Part shown: piece after piece, positions 12,600 through 25,549 of the stretch | Numbering within the stretch: position 1 is the first letter of the stretch | Layout of the letters: the number at the start of each line of letters is the position of its first letter | Assembly: GCA_964016885.1 (NCBI GenBank) | Contig: OZ024753.1 | Coordinates: 20,460,001 to 20,524,000 of the forward strand | Source: Eledone cirrhosa | Lineage: Eukaryota | Reading direction: 5' to 3' | DNA length: 64,000 nucleotides | Program-made: the position numbers and the translations under genes | The notes under the pieces: model-generated | Databases searched by the model: none | What the model was told of the DNA's origin: nothing | The model's input: only the letters and a program-made list of their open reading frames with translations

Positions 12600-15500
12600 T
12601 GTCTGGGGAGTTGGGAAGGATCTGTGTGTAGTGTGATACAGTGTAGTGTCTGGAGAGTTGGGGAGGATCTGTGTGTGTTGTGATACAGTGTAGTGTCTGG
12701 GGAGTTGGGAAGGATCTGTGTGTGTTGTGATACAGTATAGTGTCTGGGGTGTTGGGAAGGATCTGTGTGTGTTATGATGCAGTGTAGTGTCTGGGGAGTT
12801 GGGAAGGATCTGTGTGTGTTGTGATACAGTGTAGTGTCTGGGGAGTTGGGAAGGATCTGTGTGTGTTGTGATACAGTGTAGTGTCTGGGGAGTTGGGAAG
12901 GATCTGTGTGTTGTGATACAGTGTAGTGACTGGGGAGTTGGGAAGGATCTGTGTGTGTTGTGATACAGTATAGTGTCTGGGGTGTTGGGAAGGATAAGTG
13001 TGTGTTGTGATACAGTGTAGTGTCTGGGGTGTTGGGAAGGATCTATGTGTGTTGTGATACAGTATAGTGTCTGGGGAGTTGGGAAGGATCTGTGTGTGTT
13101 GTGATACAGTATAGTGTCTGGTGTGTTGGGAAGGATCTGTGTGTGTTGTGATACAGTGTAGTGTCTGGGGAGTTGGGAAGGATCTGTGTGTGTTGTGATA
13201 CAGTGTAGTGTCTAGGGAGTTGGGAAGGATCTGTGTGTGTTGTGATACAGTATAGTGTCTGGGGAGTTGGGAAGGATCTGTGTGTGTTGTGATACAGTAT
13301 AGTGTCTGGTGTGTTGGGAAGGATCTGTGTGTATTGTGATACAGTGTAGTGTCTGGGGTGTTGGGAAGGATCTGTGTGTGTTGTGATACAGTGTAGTGTC
13401 TGGGGTGTTGGGAAGGATCTGTGTGTGTTGTGATACAGTATAGTGTCTGGGGAGTTGGGAAGGATCTGTGTGTGTTGTGATACAGTATAGTGTCTGGGGT
13501 GTTGGGAAGGATCTGTGTGTGTTGTGATACAGTGTAGTGTCTGGGGAGTTGGGAAGGATCTGTGTGTGTTGTGATACAGTGTAGTGTCTGGGGAGTTGGG
13601 AAGGATCTGTGTGTGTTGTGATACAGTGTAGTGTCTGGGGAGTTGGGAAGGATCTGTGTGTGTTGTGATACAGTATAGTGTCTGGGGAGTTGGGAAGGAT
13701 CTGTGTGTGTTGGGATACATTTTAGTGTCTGGGGTGTTGGGAAGGATCTGTGTGTGTTGTGATACAGTGTAGTGTCTGGGGAGTTGGGAAGGATCTGTGT
13801 GTGTTGTGATACAGTGTAGTGTCTGGGGAGTTGGGAAGGATCTGTGTGTGTTGTGATACAGTGTAGTGTCTGGGGAGTTGGGAAGTATCTGTGTGTGTTG
13901 TGATACAGTGTAGTGACTGGGGAGTTGGGAAGGATCTGTGTGTGTTGTGATACAGTATAGTGTCTGGGGTGTTGGGAAGGATCTGTGTGTGTTGTGATAC
14001 AGTGTAGTGTCTGGGGTGTTGGGAAGGATCTGTGTGTGTTGTGATACAGTATAGTGTCTGGGGAGTTGGGAAGGATCTGTGTGTGTTCTGATACAGTATA
14101 GTGTCTGGGGTGTTGGGAAGGATCTGTGTGTGTTGTGATACAGTGTAGTGTCTGGGGATTTGGGAAGGATCTGTGTGTGTTGTGATACAGTGTAGTGTCT
14201 AGGGAGTTGGGAAGGATCTGTGTGTGTTGTGATACAGTATAGTGTCTGGGGAGTTGGGAAGGATCTGTGTGCGTTGTGATACAGTATAGTGTCTGGGGTG
14301 TTGGGAAGGATATGTGTGTGTTGTGATACAGTGTAGTGTCTGGGGTGTTGGGAAGGATCTGTGTGTGTTGTGATACAGTGTAGTGGCTGGGGTGTTGGGA
14401 AGGATCTGTGTGTGTTGTGATACAGTATAGTGTCTGGGGAGTTGGGAAGGATCTGTGTGTGTTGTGATACAGTATAGTGTCTTGGGTGTTGGGAAGGATC
14501 TGTGTGTGTTGTGATACAGTGTAGTGTCTGGGGAGTTGGGAAGGATCTGTGTGTGTTGTGATACAGTGTAGTGACTGGGGAGTTGGGAAGGATCTGTGTT
14601 TGTTGTGATACAGTATAGTGTCTGGGGTGTTGGGAAGGATATGTGTGTGTTGTGATACAGTGTAGTGTCTGGGGTGTTGGGAAGGATCTATGTGTGTTGT
14701 GATACAGTATAGTGTCTGGGGAGTTGGGAAGGATCTGTGTGTGTTGTGATACAGTATAGTGTCTGGTGTGTTGGGAAGGATCTGTGTGTGTTGTGATACA
14801 GTGTAGTGTCTGGGGAGTTGGGAAGGATCTGTGTGTGTTGTGATACAGTGTAGTGTCTAGGGAGTTGGGAAGGATCTGTGTGTGTTGTGATACAGTATAG
14901 TGTCTGGGGAGTTGGGAAGGATCTGTGTGTGTTGTGATACAGTATAGTGTCTGGTGTGTTGGGAAGGATCTGTGTGTGTTGTGATACAGTGTAGTGTCTG
15001 GGGTGTTGGGAAGGATCTGTGTGTGTTGTGATACAGTGTAGTGTCTGGGGTGTTGGGAAGGATCTGTGTGTGTTGTGATACAGTATAGTGTCTGGGGAGT
15101 TGGGAAGGATCTGTGTGTGTTGTGATACAGTATAGTGTCTGGGGTGTTGGGAAGGATCTGTGTGTGTTGTGATACAGTGTAGTGTCTGGGGAGTTGGGAA
15201 GGATCTGTGTGTGTTGTGATACAGTGTAGTGTCTGGGGAGTTGGGAAGGATCTGTGTGTGTTGTGATACAGTGTAGTGTCTGGGGAGTTGGGAAGGATCT
15301 GTGTGTGTTGTGATACAGTATAGTGTCTCGGGAGATGGGAAGGATCTGTGTGTGTTGTGATCCAGTATAGTGTCTGGGGAGTTGGGAAGGATCTGTGTGT
15401 GTTGTGATACAGTATAGTGTCTGGGGTGTTGGGAAGGATCTGTGTGTGTTGTGATACAGTGTAGTGTCTGGGGAGTTGGGAAGGATCTGTGTGTGTTGTG

Positions 15501-18500
15501 ATACAGTATAGTGTCTGGGGAGTTGGGAAGGATCTGTGTGTGTTGTAATACAGTATAGTGTCTTGGGTGTTGGGAAGGATCTGTGTGTGTTGTGATACAG
15601 TGTAGTGTCTGGGGAGTTGGGAAGGATATGTGTGTGTTGTGATACAGTGTAGTGTCTGGGGAGTTGGGAAGGATCTGTGTGTGGTGTGATACAGTGTAGT
15701 GTCTGGAGAGTTGGGAAGGATCTGTGTGTGTTGTGATACAGTGTAGTGTCTGGGGAGTTGGGAAGGATCTGTGTGTGTTGTGATACAGTGTAGTGTCTGG
15801 GGAGTTGGCAAGCATCTGTGTGTGTTGTGATACAGTGTAGTGTCTGGGGAGTTGGGAAGGATCTGTGTGTGTTGTGATACAGTATAGTATCTGGGGAGTT
15901 GGGAAGGATCTGTGTGTGTTGTGATACAGTGTAGTGTCTGGGGAGTTGGGAAGGATCTGTGTGTGTTGTGATACAGTATAGTGTCTGGGGTGTTGGGAAG
16001 GATCTTTGTGTGTTGTGATACAGTATAGTGTCTGGGGAGTTGGGAAGGATCTGTGTGTGTTGTGATACAGTATAGTGTCTGGGGTGTTGGAAGGATCTGT
16101 GTGTGTTGTGATACAGTGTAGTGTCTGGGGAGTTGGGAAGGATCTGTGTGTGTTGTGATACAGTATAGTGTCTGGTGTGTTGGGAAGGATCTGTGTGTGT
16201 TGTGATACAGTGTAGTGTCTGGGGTGTTGGGAAGGATCTGTGTGTGTTGTGATACAGTGTAGTGTCTGGAGTGTTGGGAAGGATCTGTGTGTGTTGTGAT
16301 ACAGTATAGTGTCTGGGGAGTTGGGAAGGATCTGTGTGTGTTGTGATACAGTATAGTGTCTGGGGAGTTGGGAAGGATCTGTGTGTGTTGTGATACAGTA
16401 TAGTGTCTGGGGTGTTGGGAAGGATCTGTGTGTGTTGTGATACAGTGTAGTGTCTGGGGAGTTGGGATGGATCTGTGTGTGTTGTGATACAGTGTAGTGT
16501 CTGGGGAGTTGGGAAGGATCTGTGTGTGTTGTGATACAGTGTAGTGTCTGGGGAGTTGGGAAGGATCTGTGTGTGTTGTGATACAGTGTAGTGTCTGGGG
16601 AGTTGGGAAGGATCTGTGTGTGTTGTGATACAGTATAGTGTCTGGGGTGTTGGGAAGGATCTGTGTGTGTTGTGATACAGTGTAGTGTCTGGGGAGTTGG
16701 GAAGGATCTGTGTGTGTTGTGATATAGTGTAGTGCCTAGGGAGTTGGGAAGGATCTGTGTGTGTTGTGATACAGTATAGTGTCTGGGGAGTTGGGAAGGA
16801 TCTGTGTGTGTTGTGATACAGTATAGTGTCTGGGGTTTTGGGAAGGTTCTGTGTGTGTTGTGATAGAGTGTAGTGTCTGGGGTGTTGGGAAGGATCTGTG
16901 TGTGTTGTGATACAGTGTAGTGTCTGGGGTGTTGGGAAGAATCTGTGTGTGTTGTGATAGAGTGTAGTGTCTGGGGTGTTGGGAAGGATCTGTGTGTGTT
17001 GTGATACAGTATAGTGTCTGGGGAGTTGGGAAGGATCTGTGTGTGTTCTGATACAGTATAGTGTCTGGGGTGTTGGGAAGGATCTGTGTGTGTTGTGATA
17101 CAGTGTAGTGTCTGGGGTGTTGGGAAGGATCTGTGTGTGTTGTGATACAGTGTAGTGTCTGGGGTGTTGGGAAGGATCTGTGTGTGTTGTGATACAGTAT
17201 AGTGTCTGGGGAGTTGGGAAGGATCTGTGTGTGTTGTGATACAGTATAGTGTCTTGGGTGTTGGGAAGGATCTGTGTTTTGTGATACAGTGTAGTGTCTG
17301 GGGAGTTGGGAAGGATCTGTGTGTGTTGTGATACCGTGTAGTGACTGGGGAGTTGGGAAGGATCTGTGTGTGTTGTGATACAGTATAGTGTCTGGGGTGT
17401 TGGGAAGGATATGTGTGTGTTGTGATACAGTGTAGTGTCTGGGGTGTTGGGAAGGATCTATGTGTGTTGTGATACAGTATAGTGTCTGGGGAGTTGGGAA
17501 GGATCTGTGTGTGTTGTGATACAGTATAGTGTCTGGTGTGTTGGGAAGGATCTGTGTGTGTTGTGATACAGTGTAGTGTCTGGGGAGTTGGGAAGGATCT
17601 GTGTGTGTTGTGATACAGTGTAGTGTCTAGGGAGTTGGGAAGGATCTGTGTGTGTTGTGATACAGTATAGTGTCTGGGGAGTTGGGAAGGATCTGTGTGT
17701 GTTGTGATACAGTATAGTGTCTGGTGTGTTGGGAAGGATCTGTGTGTGTTGTGATACAGTGTAGTGTCTGGGGTGTTGGGAAGGATCTGTGTGTGTTGTG
17801 ATACAGTGTAGTGTCTGGGGTGTTGGGAAGGATCTGTGTGTGTTGTGATACAGTATAGTGTCTGGGGAGTTGGGAAGGATCTGTGTGTGTTGTGATACAG
17901 TATAGTGTCTGGGGTGTTGGGAAGGATCTGTGTGTGTTGTGATACAGTGTAGTGTCTGGGGAGTTGGGAAGGATCTGTGTGTGTTGTGATACAGTGTGGT
18001 GTCTGGGGAGTTGGGAAGGATCTGTGTGTGTTGTGATACAGTGTAGTGTCTGGGGAGTTGGGAAGGATCTGTGTGTGTTGTGATACAGTATAGTGTCTGT
18101 GGAGTTGGGAAGGATCTGTGTGTGTTGTGATCCAGTATAGTGTCTGGGGAGTTGGGAAGGATCTGTGTGTGTTGTGATACAGTATAGTGTCTGGGGAGTT
18201 GGGAAGGATCTGTGTGTGTTGTGATACAGTATAGTGTCTTGGGTGTTGGGAAGGATCTGTGTGTGTTGTGATACAGTGTAGTGTCTGGGGAGTTGGGAAG
18301 GATATGTGTGTGTTGTGATACAGTGTAGTGTCTGGGGAGTTGGGAAGGATCTGTGTGTGGTGTGATACAGTGTAGTGTCTGGAGAGTTGGGAAGGATCTG
18401 TGTGTGTTGTGATACAGTGTAGTGTCTGGGGAGTTGGGAAGGATCTGTGTGTGTTGTGATACAGTATAGTGTCTGGGGTGTTGGGAAGGATCTGTGTGTG

Positions 18501-21500
18501 TTGTGATGCAGTGTAGTGTCTGGGTAGTTGGGAAGGATCTGTGTGTGTTGTGATACAGTGTAGTGTCTGGGGAGTTGGGAAGGATCTGTGTGTAGTGTGA
18601 TACAGTGTAGTGTCTGGAGAGTTGGGGAGGATCTGTGTGTGTTGTGATACAGTGTAGTGTCTGGGGAGTTGGGAAGGATCTGTGTGTGTTGTGATACAGT
18701 ATAGTGTCTGGGGTGTTGGGAAGGATCTGTGTGTGTTATGATGCAGTGTAGTATCTGGGGAGTTGGGAAGGATCTGTGTGTGTTGTGATACAGTGTAGTG
18801 TCTGGGGAGTTGGGAAGGATCTGTGTGTGTTGTGATACAGTGTAGTGTCTGGGGAGTTGGGAAGGATCTGTGTGTTGTGATACAGTGTAGTGACTGGGGA
18901 GTTGGGAAGGATCTGTGTGTGTTGTGATACAGTATAGTGTCTGGGGTGTTGGGAAGGATATGTGTGTGTTGTGATACAGTGTAGTGTCTGGGGTGTTGGG
19001 AAGGATCTATGTGTGTTGTGATACAGTATAGTGTCTGGGGAGTTGGGAAGGATCTGTGTGTGTTGTGATACAGTATAGTGTCTGGTGTGTTGGGAAGGAT
19101 CTGTGTGTGTTGTGATACAGTGTAGTGTCTGGGGAGTTGGGAAGGATCTGTGTGTGTTGTGATACAGTGTAGTGTCTAGGGAGTTGGGAAGGATCTGTGT
19201 GTGTTGTGATACAGTATAGTGTCTGGGGAGTTGGGAAGGATCTGTGTGTGTTGTGATACAGTATAGTGTCTGGTGTGTTGGGAAGGATCTGTGTGTATTG
19301 TGATACAGTGTAGTGTCTGGGGTGTTGGGAAGGATCTGTGTGTGTTGTGATACAGTGTAGTGTCTGGGGTGTTGGGAAGGATCTGTGTGTGTTGTGATAC
19401 AGTATAGTGTCTGGGGAGTTGGGAAGGATCTGTGTGTGTTGTGATACAGTATAGTGTCTGGGGTGTTGGGAAGGATCTGTGTGTGTTGTGATACAGTGTA
19501 GTGTCTGGGGAGTTGGGAAGGATCTGTGTGTGTTGTGATACAGTGTAGTGTCTGGGGAGTTGGGAAGGATCTGTGTGTGTTGTGATACAGTGTAGTGTCT
19601 GGGGAGTTGGGAAGGATCTGTGTGTGTTGTGATACAGTATAGTGTCTGGGGAGTTGGGAAGGATCTGTGTGTGTTGGGATACATTTTAGTGTCTGGGGTG
19701 TTGGGAAGGATCTGTGTGTGTTGTGATACAGTGTAGTGTCTGGGGAGTTGGGAAGGATCTGTGTGTGTTGTGATACAGTGTAGTGTCTGGGGAGTTGGGA
19801 AGGATCTGTGTGTGTTGTGATACAGTGTAGTGTCTGGGGAGTTGGGAAGTATCTGTGTGTGTTGTGATACAGTGTAGTGACTGGGGAGTTGGGAAGGATC
19901 TGTGTGTGTTGTGATACAGTATAGTGTCTGGGGTGTTGGGAAGGATCTGTGTGTGTTGTGATACAGTGTAGTGTCTGGGGTGTTGGGAAGGATCTGTGTG
20001 TGTTGTGATACAGTATAGTGTCTGGGGAGTTGGGAAGGATCTGTGTGTGTTCTGATACAGTATAGTGTCTGGGGTGTTGGGAAGGATCTGTGTGTGTTGT
20101 GATACAGTGTAGTGTCTGGGGATTTGGGAAGGATCTGTGTGTGTTGTGATACAGTGTAGTGTCTAGGGAGTTGGGAAGGATCTGTGTGTGTTGTGATACA
20201 GTATAGTGTCTGGGGAGTTGGGAAGGATCTGTGTGCGTTGTGATACAGTATAGTGTCTGGGGTGTTGGGAAGGATCTGTGTGTGTTGTGATACAGTGTAG
20301 TGTCTGGGGTGTTGGGAAGGATCTGTGTGTGTTGTGATACAGTGTAGTGGCTGGGGTGTTGGGAAGGATCTGTGTGTGTTGTGATACAGTATAGTGTCTG
20401 GGGAGTTGGGAAGGATCTGTGTGTGTTGTGATACAGTATAGTGTCTTGGGTGTTGGGAAGGATCTGTGTGTGTTGTGATACAGTGTAGTGTCTGGGGAGT
20501 TGGGAAGGATCTGTGTGTGTTGTGATACAGTGTAGTGACTGGGGAGTTGGGAAGGATCTGTGTTTGTTGTGATACAGTATAGTGTCTGGGGTGTTGGGAA
20601 GGATATGTGTGTGTTGTGATACAGTGTAGTGTCTGGGGTGTTGGGAAGGATCTATGTGTGTTGTGATACAGTATAGTGTCTGGGGAGTTGGGAAGGATCT
20701 GTGTGTGTTGTGATACAGTATAGTGTCTGGTGTGTTGGGAAGGATCTGTGTGTGTTGTGATACAGTGTAGTGTCTGGGGAGTTGGGAAGGATCTGTGTGT
20801 GTTGTGATACAGTGTAGTGTCTAGGGAGTTGGGAAGGATCTGTGTGTGTTGTGATACAGTATAGTGTCTGGGGAGTTGGGAAGGATCTGTGTGTGTTGTG
20901 ATACAGTATAGTGTCTGGTGTGTTGGGAAGGATCTGTGTGTGTTGTGATACAGTGTAGTGTCTGGGGTGTTGGGAAGGATCTGTGTGTGTTGTGATACAG
21001 TGTAGTGTCTGGGGTGTTGGGAAGGATCTGTGTGTGTTGTGATACAGTATAGTGTCTGGGGAGTTGGGAAGGATCTGTGTGTGTTGTGATACAGTATAGT
21101 GTCTGGGGTGTTGGGAAGGATCTGTGTGTGTTGTGATACAGTGTAGTGTCTGGGGAGTTGGGAAGGATCTGTGTGTGTTGTGATACAGTGTAGTGTCTGG
21201 GGAGTTGGGAAGGATCTGTGTGTGTTGTGATACAGTGTAGTGTCTGGGGAGTTGGGAAGGATCTGTGTGTGTTGTGATACAGTATAGTGTCTCGGGAGTT
21301 GGGAAGGATCTGTGTGTGTTGTGATCCAGTATAGTGTCTGGGGAGTTGGGAAGGATCTGTGTGTGTTGTGATACTGTATAGTGTCTGGGGTGTTGGGAAG
21401 GATCTGTGTGTGTTGTGATACAGTGTAGTGTCTGGGGAGTTGGGAAGGATCTGTGTGTGTTGTGATACAGTATAGTGTCTGGGGAGTTGGGAAGGATCTG

Positions 21501-23185
21501 TGTGTGTTGTAATACAGTATAGTGTCTTGGGTGTTGGGAAGGATCTGTGTGTGTTGTGATACAGTGTAGTGTCTGGGGAGTTGGGAAGGATATGTGTGTG
21601 TTGTGATACAGTGTAGTGTCTGGGGAGTTGGGAAGGATCTGTGTGTGGTGTGATACAGTGTAGTGTCTGGAGAGTTGGGAAGGATCTGTGTGTGTTGTGA
21701 TACAGTGTAGTGTCTGGGGAGTTGGGAAGGATCTGTGTGTGTTGTGATACAGTGTAGTGTCTGGGGAGTTGGCAAGCATCTGTGTGTGTTGTGATACAGT
21801 GTAGTGTCTGGGGAGTTGGGAAGGATCTGTGTGTGTTGTGATATAGTATAGTATCTGGGGAGTTGGGAAGGATCTGTGTGTGTTGTGATACAGTGTAGTG
21901 TCTGGGGAGTTGGGAAGGATCTGTGTGTGTTGTGATACAGTATAGTGTCTGGGATGTTGGGAAGGATCTGTGTGTGTTGTGATACAGTATAGTGTCTGGG
22001 GAGTTGGGAAGGATCTGTGTGTGTTGTGATACAGTATAGTGTCTGGGGTGTTGGAAGGATCTGTGTGTGTTGTGATACAGTGTAGTGTCTGGGGAGTTGG
22101 GAAGGATCTGTGTGTGTTGTGATACAGTATAGTGTCTGGTGTGTTGGGAAGGATCTGTGTGTGTTGTGATACAGTGTAGTGTCTGGGGTGTTGGGAAGGA
22201 TCTGTGTGTGTTGTGATACAGTGTAGTGTCTGGAGTGTTGGGAAGGATCTGTGTGTGTTGTGATACAGTATAGTGTCTGGGGAGTTGGGAAGGATCTGTG
22301 TTTGTTGTGATACAGTATAGTGTCTGGGGAGTTGGGAAGGATCTGTGTGTGTTGTGATACAGTATAGTGTCTGGGGTGTTGGGAAGGATCTGTGTGTGTT
22401 GTGATACAGTGTAGTGTCTGGGGAGTTGGGATGGATCTGTGTGTGTTGTGATACAGTGTAGTGTCTGGGGAGTTGGGAAGGATCTGTGTGTGTTGTGATA
22501 CAGTGTAGTGTCTGGGGAGTTGGGAAGGATCTGTGTGTGTTGTGATACAGTGTAGTGTCTGGGGAGTTGGGAAGGATCTGTGTGTGTTGTGATACAGTAT
22601 AGTGTCTGGGGTGTTGGGAAGGATCTGTGTGTGTTGTGATACAGTGTAGTGTCTGGGGAGTTGGGAAGGATCTGTGTGTGTTGTGATACAGTGTAGTGCC
22701 TAGGGAGTTGGGAAGGATCTGTGTGTGTTGTGATACAGTATAGTGTCTGGGGAGTTGGGAAGGATCTGTGTGTGTTGTGATACAGTATAGTGTCTGGGGT
22801 TTTGGGAAGGTTCTGTGTGTGTTGTGATAGAGTGTAGTGTCTGGGGTGTTGGGAAGGATCTGTGTGTGTTGTGATACAGTGTAGTGTCTGGGGTGTTGGG
22901 AAGAATCTGTGTGTGTTGTGATAGAGTGTAGTGTCTGGGGTGTTGGGAAGGATCTGTGTGTGTTGTAATACAGTATAGTGTCTGGGGAGTTGGGAAGGAT
23001 CTGTGTGTGTTCTGATACAGTATAGTGTCTGGGGTGTTGGGAAGGATCTGTGTGTGTTGTGATACAGTGTAGTGTCTGGGGTGTTGGGAAGGATCTGTGT
23101 GTGTTGTGATACAGTGTAGTGTCTGGGGTGTTGGGAAGGATCTGTGTGTGTTGTGATACAGTATAGTGTCTGGGGAGTTGGGAAG
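12600..23185 (+). repeat. Near-identical duplication ~12.6-17.2 kb / ~18.6-23.2 kb, offset 5964 bp (~127 monomers)
   Basis: Markers TGTAGTGTGA (A at 12630/18594), TAGTGGCTG (14386/20350) and GGCAAGCATC (15807/21771) share the offset. ORFs 13043..15811 and 19007..21775 are both 922 aa and almost identical. Confidence 0.9.
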
Positions 23186-25480
23186 GATCTGTGTGTGTTG
23201 TGATACAGTGTAGTGTCTGGGGAGTTGGGAAGTATCTGTGTGTGTTGTGATACAGTGTAGTGACTGGGGAGTTGGGAAGGATCTGTGTGTGTTGTGATAC
23301 AGTATAGTGTCTGGGGTGTTGGGAAGGATCTGTGTGTGTTGTGATACAGTGTAGTGTCTGGGGTGTTGGGAAGGATCTGTGTGTGTTGTGATACAGTATA
23401 GTGTCTGGGGAGTTGGGAAGGATCTGTGTGTGTTCTGATACAGTATAGTGTCTGGGGTGTTGGGAAGGATCTTTGTGTGTTGTGATACAGTATAGTGTCT
23501 GGGGAGTTGGGAAGGATCTGTGTGTGTTGTGATACAGTATAGTGTCTGGGGTGTTGGAAGGATCTGTGTGTGTTGTGATACAGTGTAGTGTCTGGGGAGT
23601 TGGGAAGGATCTGTGTGTGTTGTGATACAGTATAGTGTCTGGTGTGTTGGGAAGGATCTGTGTGTGTTGTGATACAGTGTAGTGTCTGGGGTGTTGGGAA
23701 GGATCTGTGTGTGTTGTGATACAGTGTAGTGGCTGGGGTGTTGGGAAGGATCTGTGTGTGTTGTGATACAGTATAGTGTCTGGGGAGTTGGGAAGGATCT
23801 GTGTGTGTTGTGATACAGTATAGTGTCTTGGGTGTTGGGAAGGATCTGTGTGTGTTGTGATACAGTGTAGTGTCTGGGGAGTTGGGAAGGATCTGTGTGT
23901 GTTGTGATACAGTGTAGTGACTGGGGAGTTGGGAAGGATCTGTGTTTGTTGTGATACAGTATAGTGTCTGGGGTGTTGGGAAGGATATGTGTGTGTTGTG
24001 ATACAGTGTAGTGTCTGGGGTGTTGGGAAGGATCTATGTGTGTTGTGATACAGTATAGTGTCTGGGGAGTTGGGAAGGATCTGTGTGTGTTGTGATACAG
24101 TATAGTGTCTGGTGTGTTGGGAAGGATCTGTGTGTGTTGTGATACAGTGTAGTGTCTGGGGAGTTGGGAAGGATCTGTGTGTGTTGTGATACAGTGTAGT
24201 GTCTAGGGAGTTGGGAAGGATCTGTGTGTGTTGTGATACAGTATAGTGTCTGGGGAGTTGGGAAGGATCTGTGTGTGTTGTGATACAGTATAGTGTCTGG
24301 TGTGTTGGGAAGGATCTGTGTGTGTTGTGATACAGTGTAGTGTCTGGGGTGTTGGGAAGGATCTGTGTGTGTTGTGATACAGTGTAGTGTCTGGGGTGTT
24401 GGGAAGGATCTGTGTGTGTTGTGATACAGTATAGTGTCTGGGGAGTTGGGAAGGATCTGTGTGTGTTGTGATACAGTATAGTGTCTGGGGTGTTGGGAAG
24501 GATCTGTGTGTGTTGTGATACAGTGTAGTGTCTGGGGAGTTGGGAAGGATCTGTGTGTGTTGTGATACAGTGTAGTGTCTGGGGAGTTGGGACGGATCTG
24601 TGTGTGTTGTGATACAGTGTAGTGTCTGGGGAGTTGGGAAGGATCTGTGTGTGTTGTGATACAGTATAGTGTCTCGGGAGTTGGGAAGGATCTGTGTGTG
24701 TTGTGATCCAGTATAGTGTCTGGGGAGTTGGGAAGGATCTGTGTGTGTTGTGATACTGTATAGTGTCTGGGGTGTTGGGAAGGATCTGTGTGTGTTGTGA
24801 TACAGTGTAGTGTCTGGGGAGTTGGGAAGGATCTGTGTGTGTTGTGATACAGTATAGTGTCTGGGGAGTTGGGAAGGATCTGTGTGTGTTGTAATACAGT
24901 ATAGTGTCTTGGGTGTTGGGAAGGATCTGTGTGTGTTGTGATACAGTGTAGTGTCTGGGGAGTTGGGAAGGATATGTGTGTGTTGTGATACAGTGTAGTG
25001 TCTGGGGAGTTGGGAAGGATCTGTGTGTGGTGTGATACAGTGTAGTGTCTGGAGAGTTGGGAAGGATCTGTGTGTGTTGTGATACAGTGTAGTGTCTGGG
25101 GAGTTGGGAAGGATCTGTGTGTGTTGTAATACAGTGTAGTGTCTGGGGAGTTGGCAAGCATCTGTGTGTGTTGTGATACAGTGTAGTGTCTGGGGAGTTG
25201 GGAAGGATCTGTGTGTGTTGTGATATAGTATAGTATCTGGGGAGTTGGGAAGGATCTGTGTGTGTTGTGATACAGTGTAGTGTCTGGGGAGTTGGGAAGG
25301 ATCTGTGTGTGTTGTGATACAGTATAGTGTCTGGGATGTTGGGAAGGATCTGTGTGTGTTGTGATACAGTATAGTGTCTGGGGAGTTGGGAAGGATCTGT
25401 GTGTGTTGTGATACAGTATAGTGTCTGGGGTGTTGGAAGGATCTGTGTGTGTTGTGATACAGTGTAGTGTCTGGGGAGTT
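20260..25480 (+). repeat. Duplication, offset 3382 bp (72 monomers - 2 bp)
   Basis: TAGTGGCTG at 20350/23732 and GGCAAGCATC at 21771/25153. The GATACTGTAT and CTCGGGAG variants are shared, and ORF stops fall at 20652/24034. Confidence 0.85.
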
Positions 25481-25549
25481 GGGAAGGATCTGTGTGTGTT
25501 GTGATACAGTGTAGTGTCTGGGGTGTTGGGAAGGATCTGTGTGTGTTGT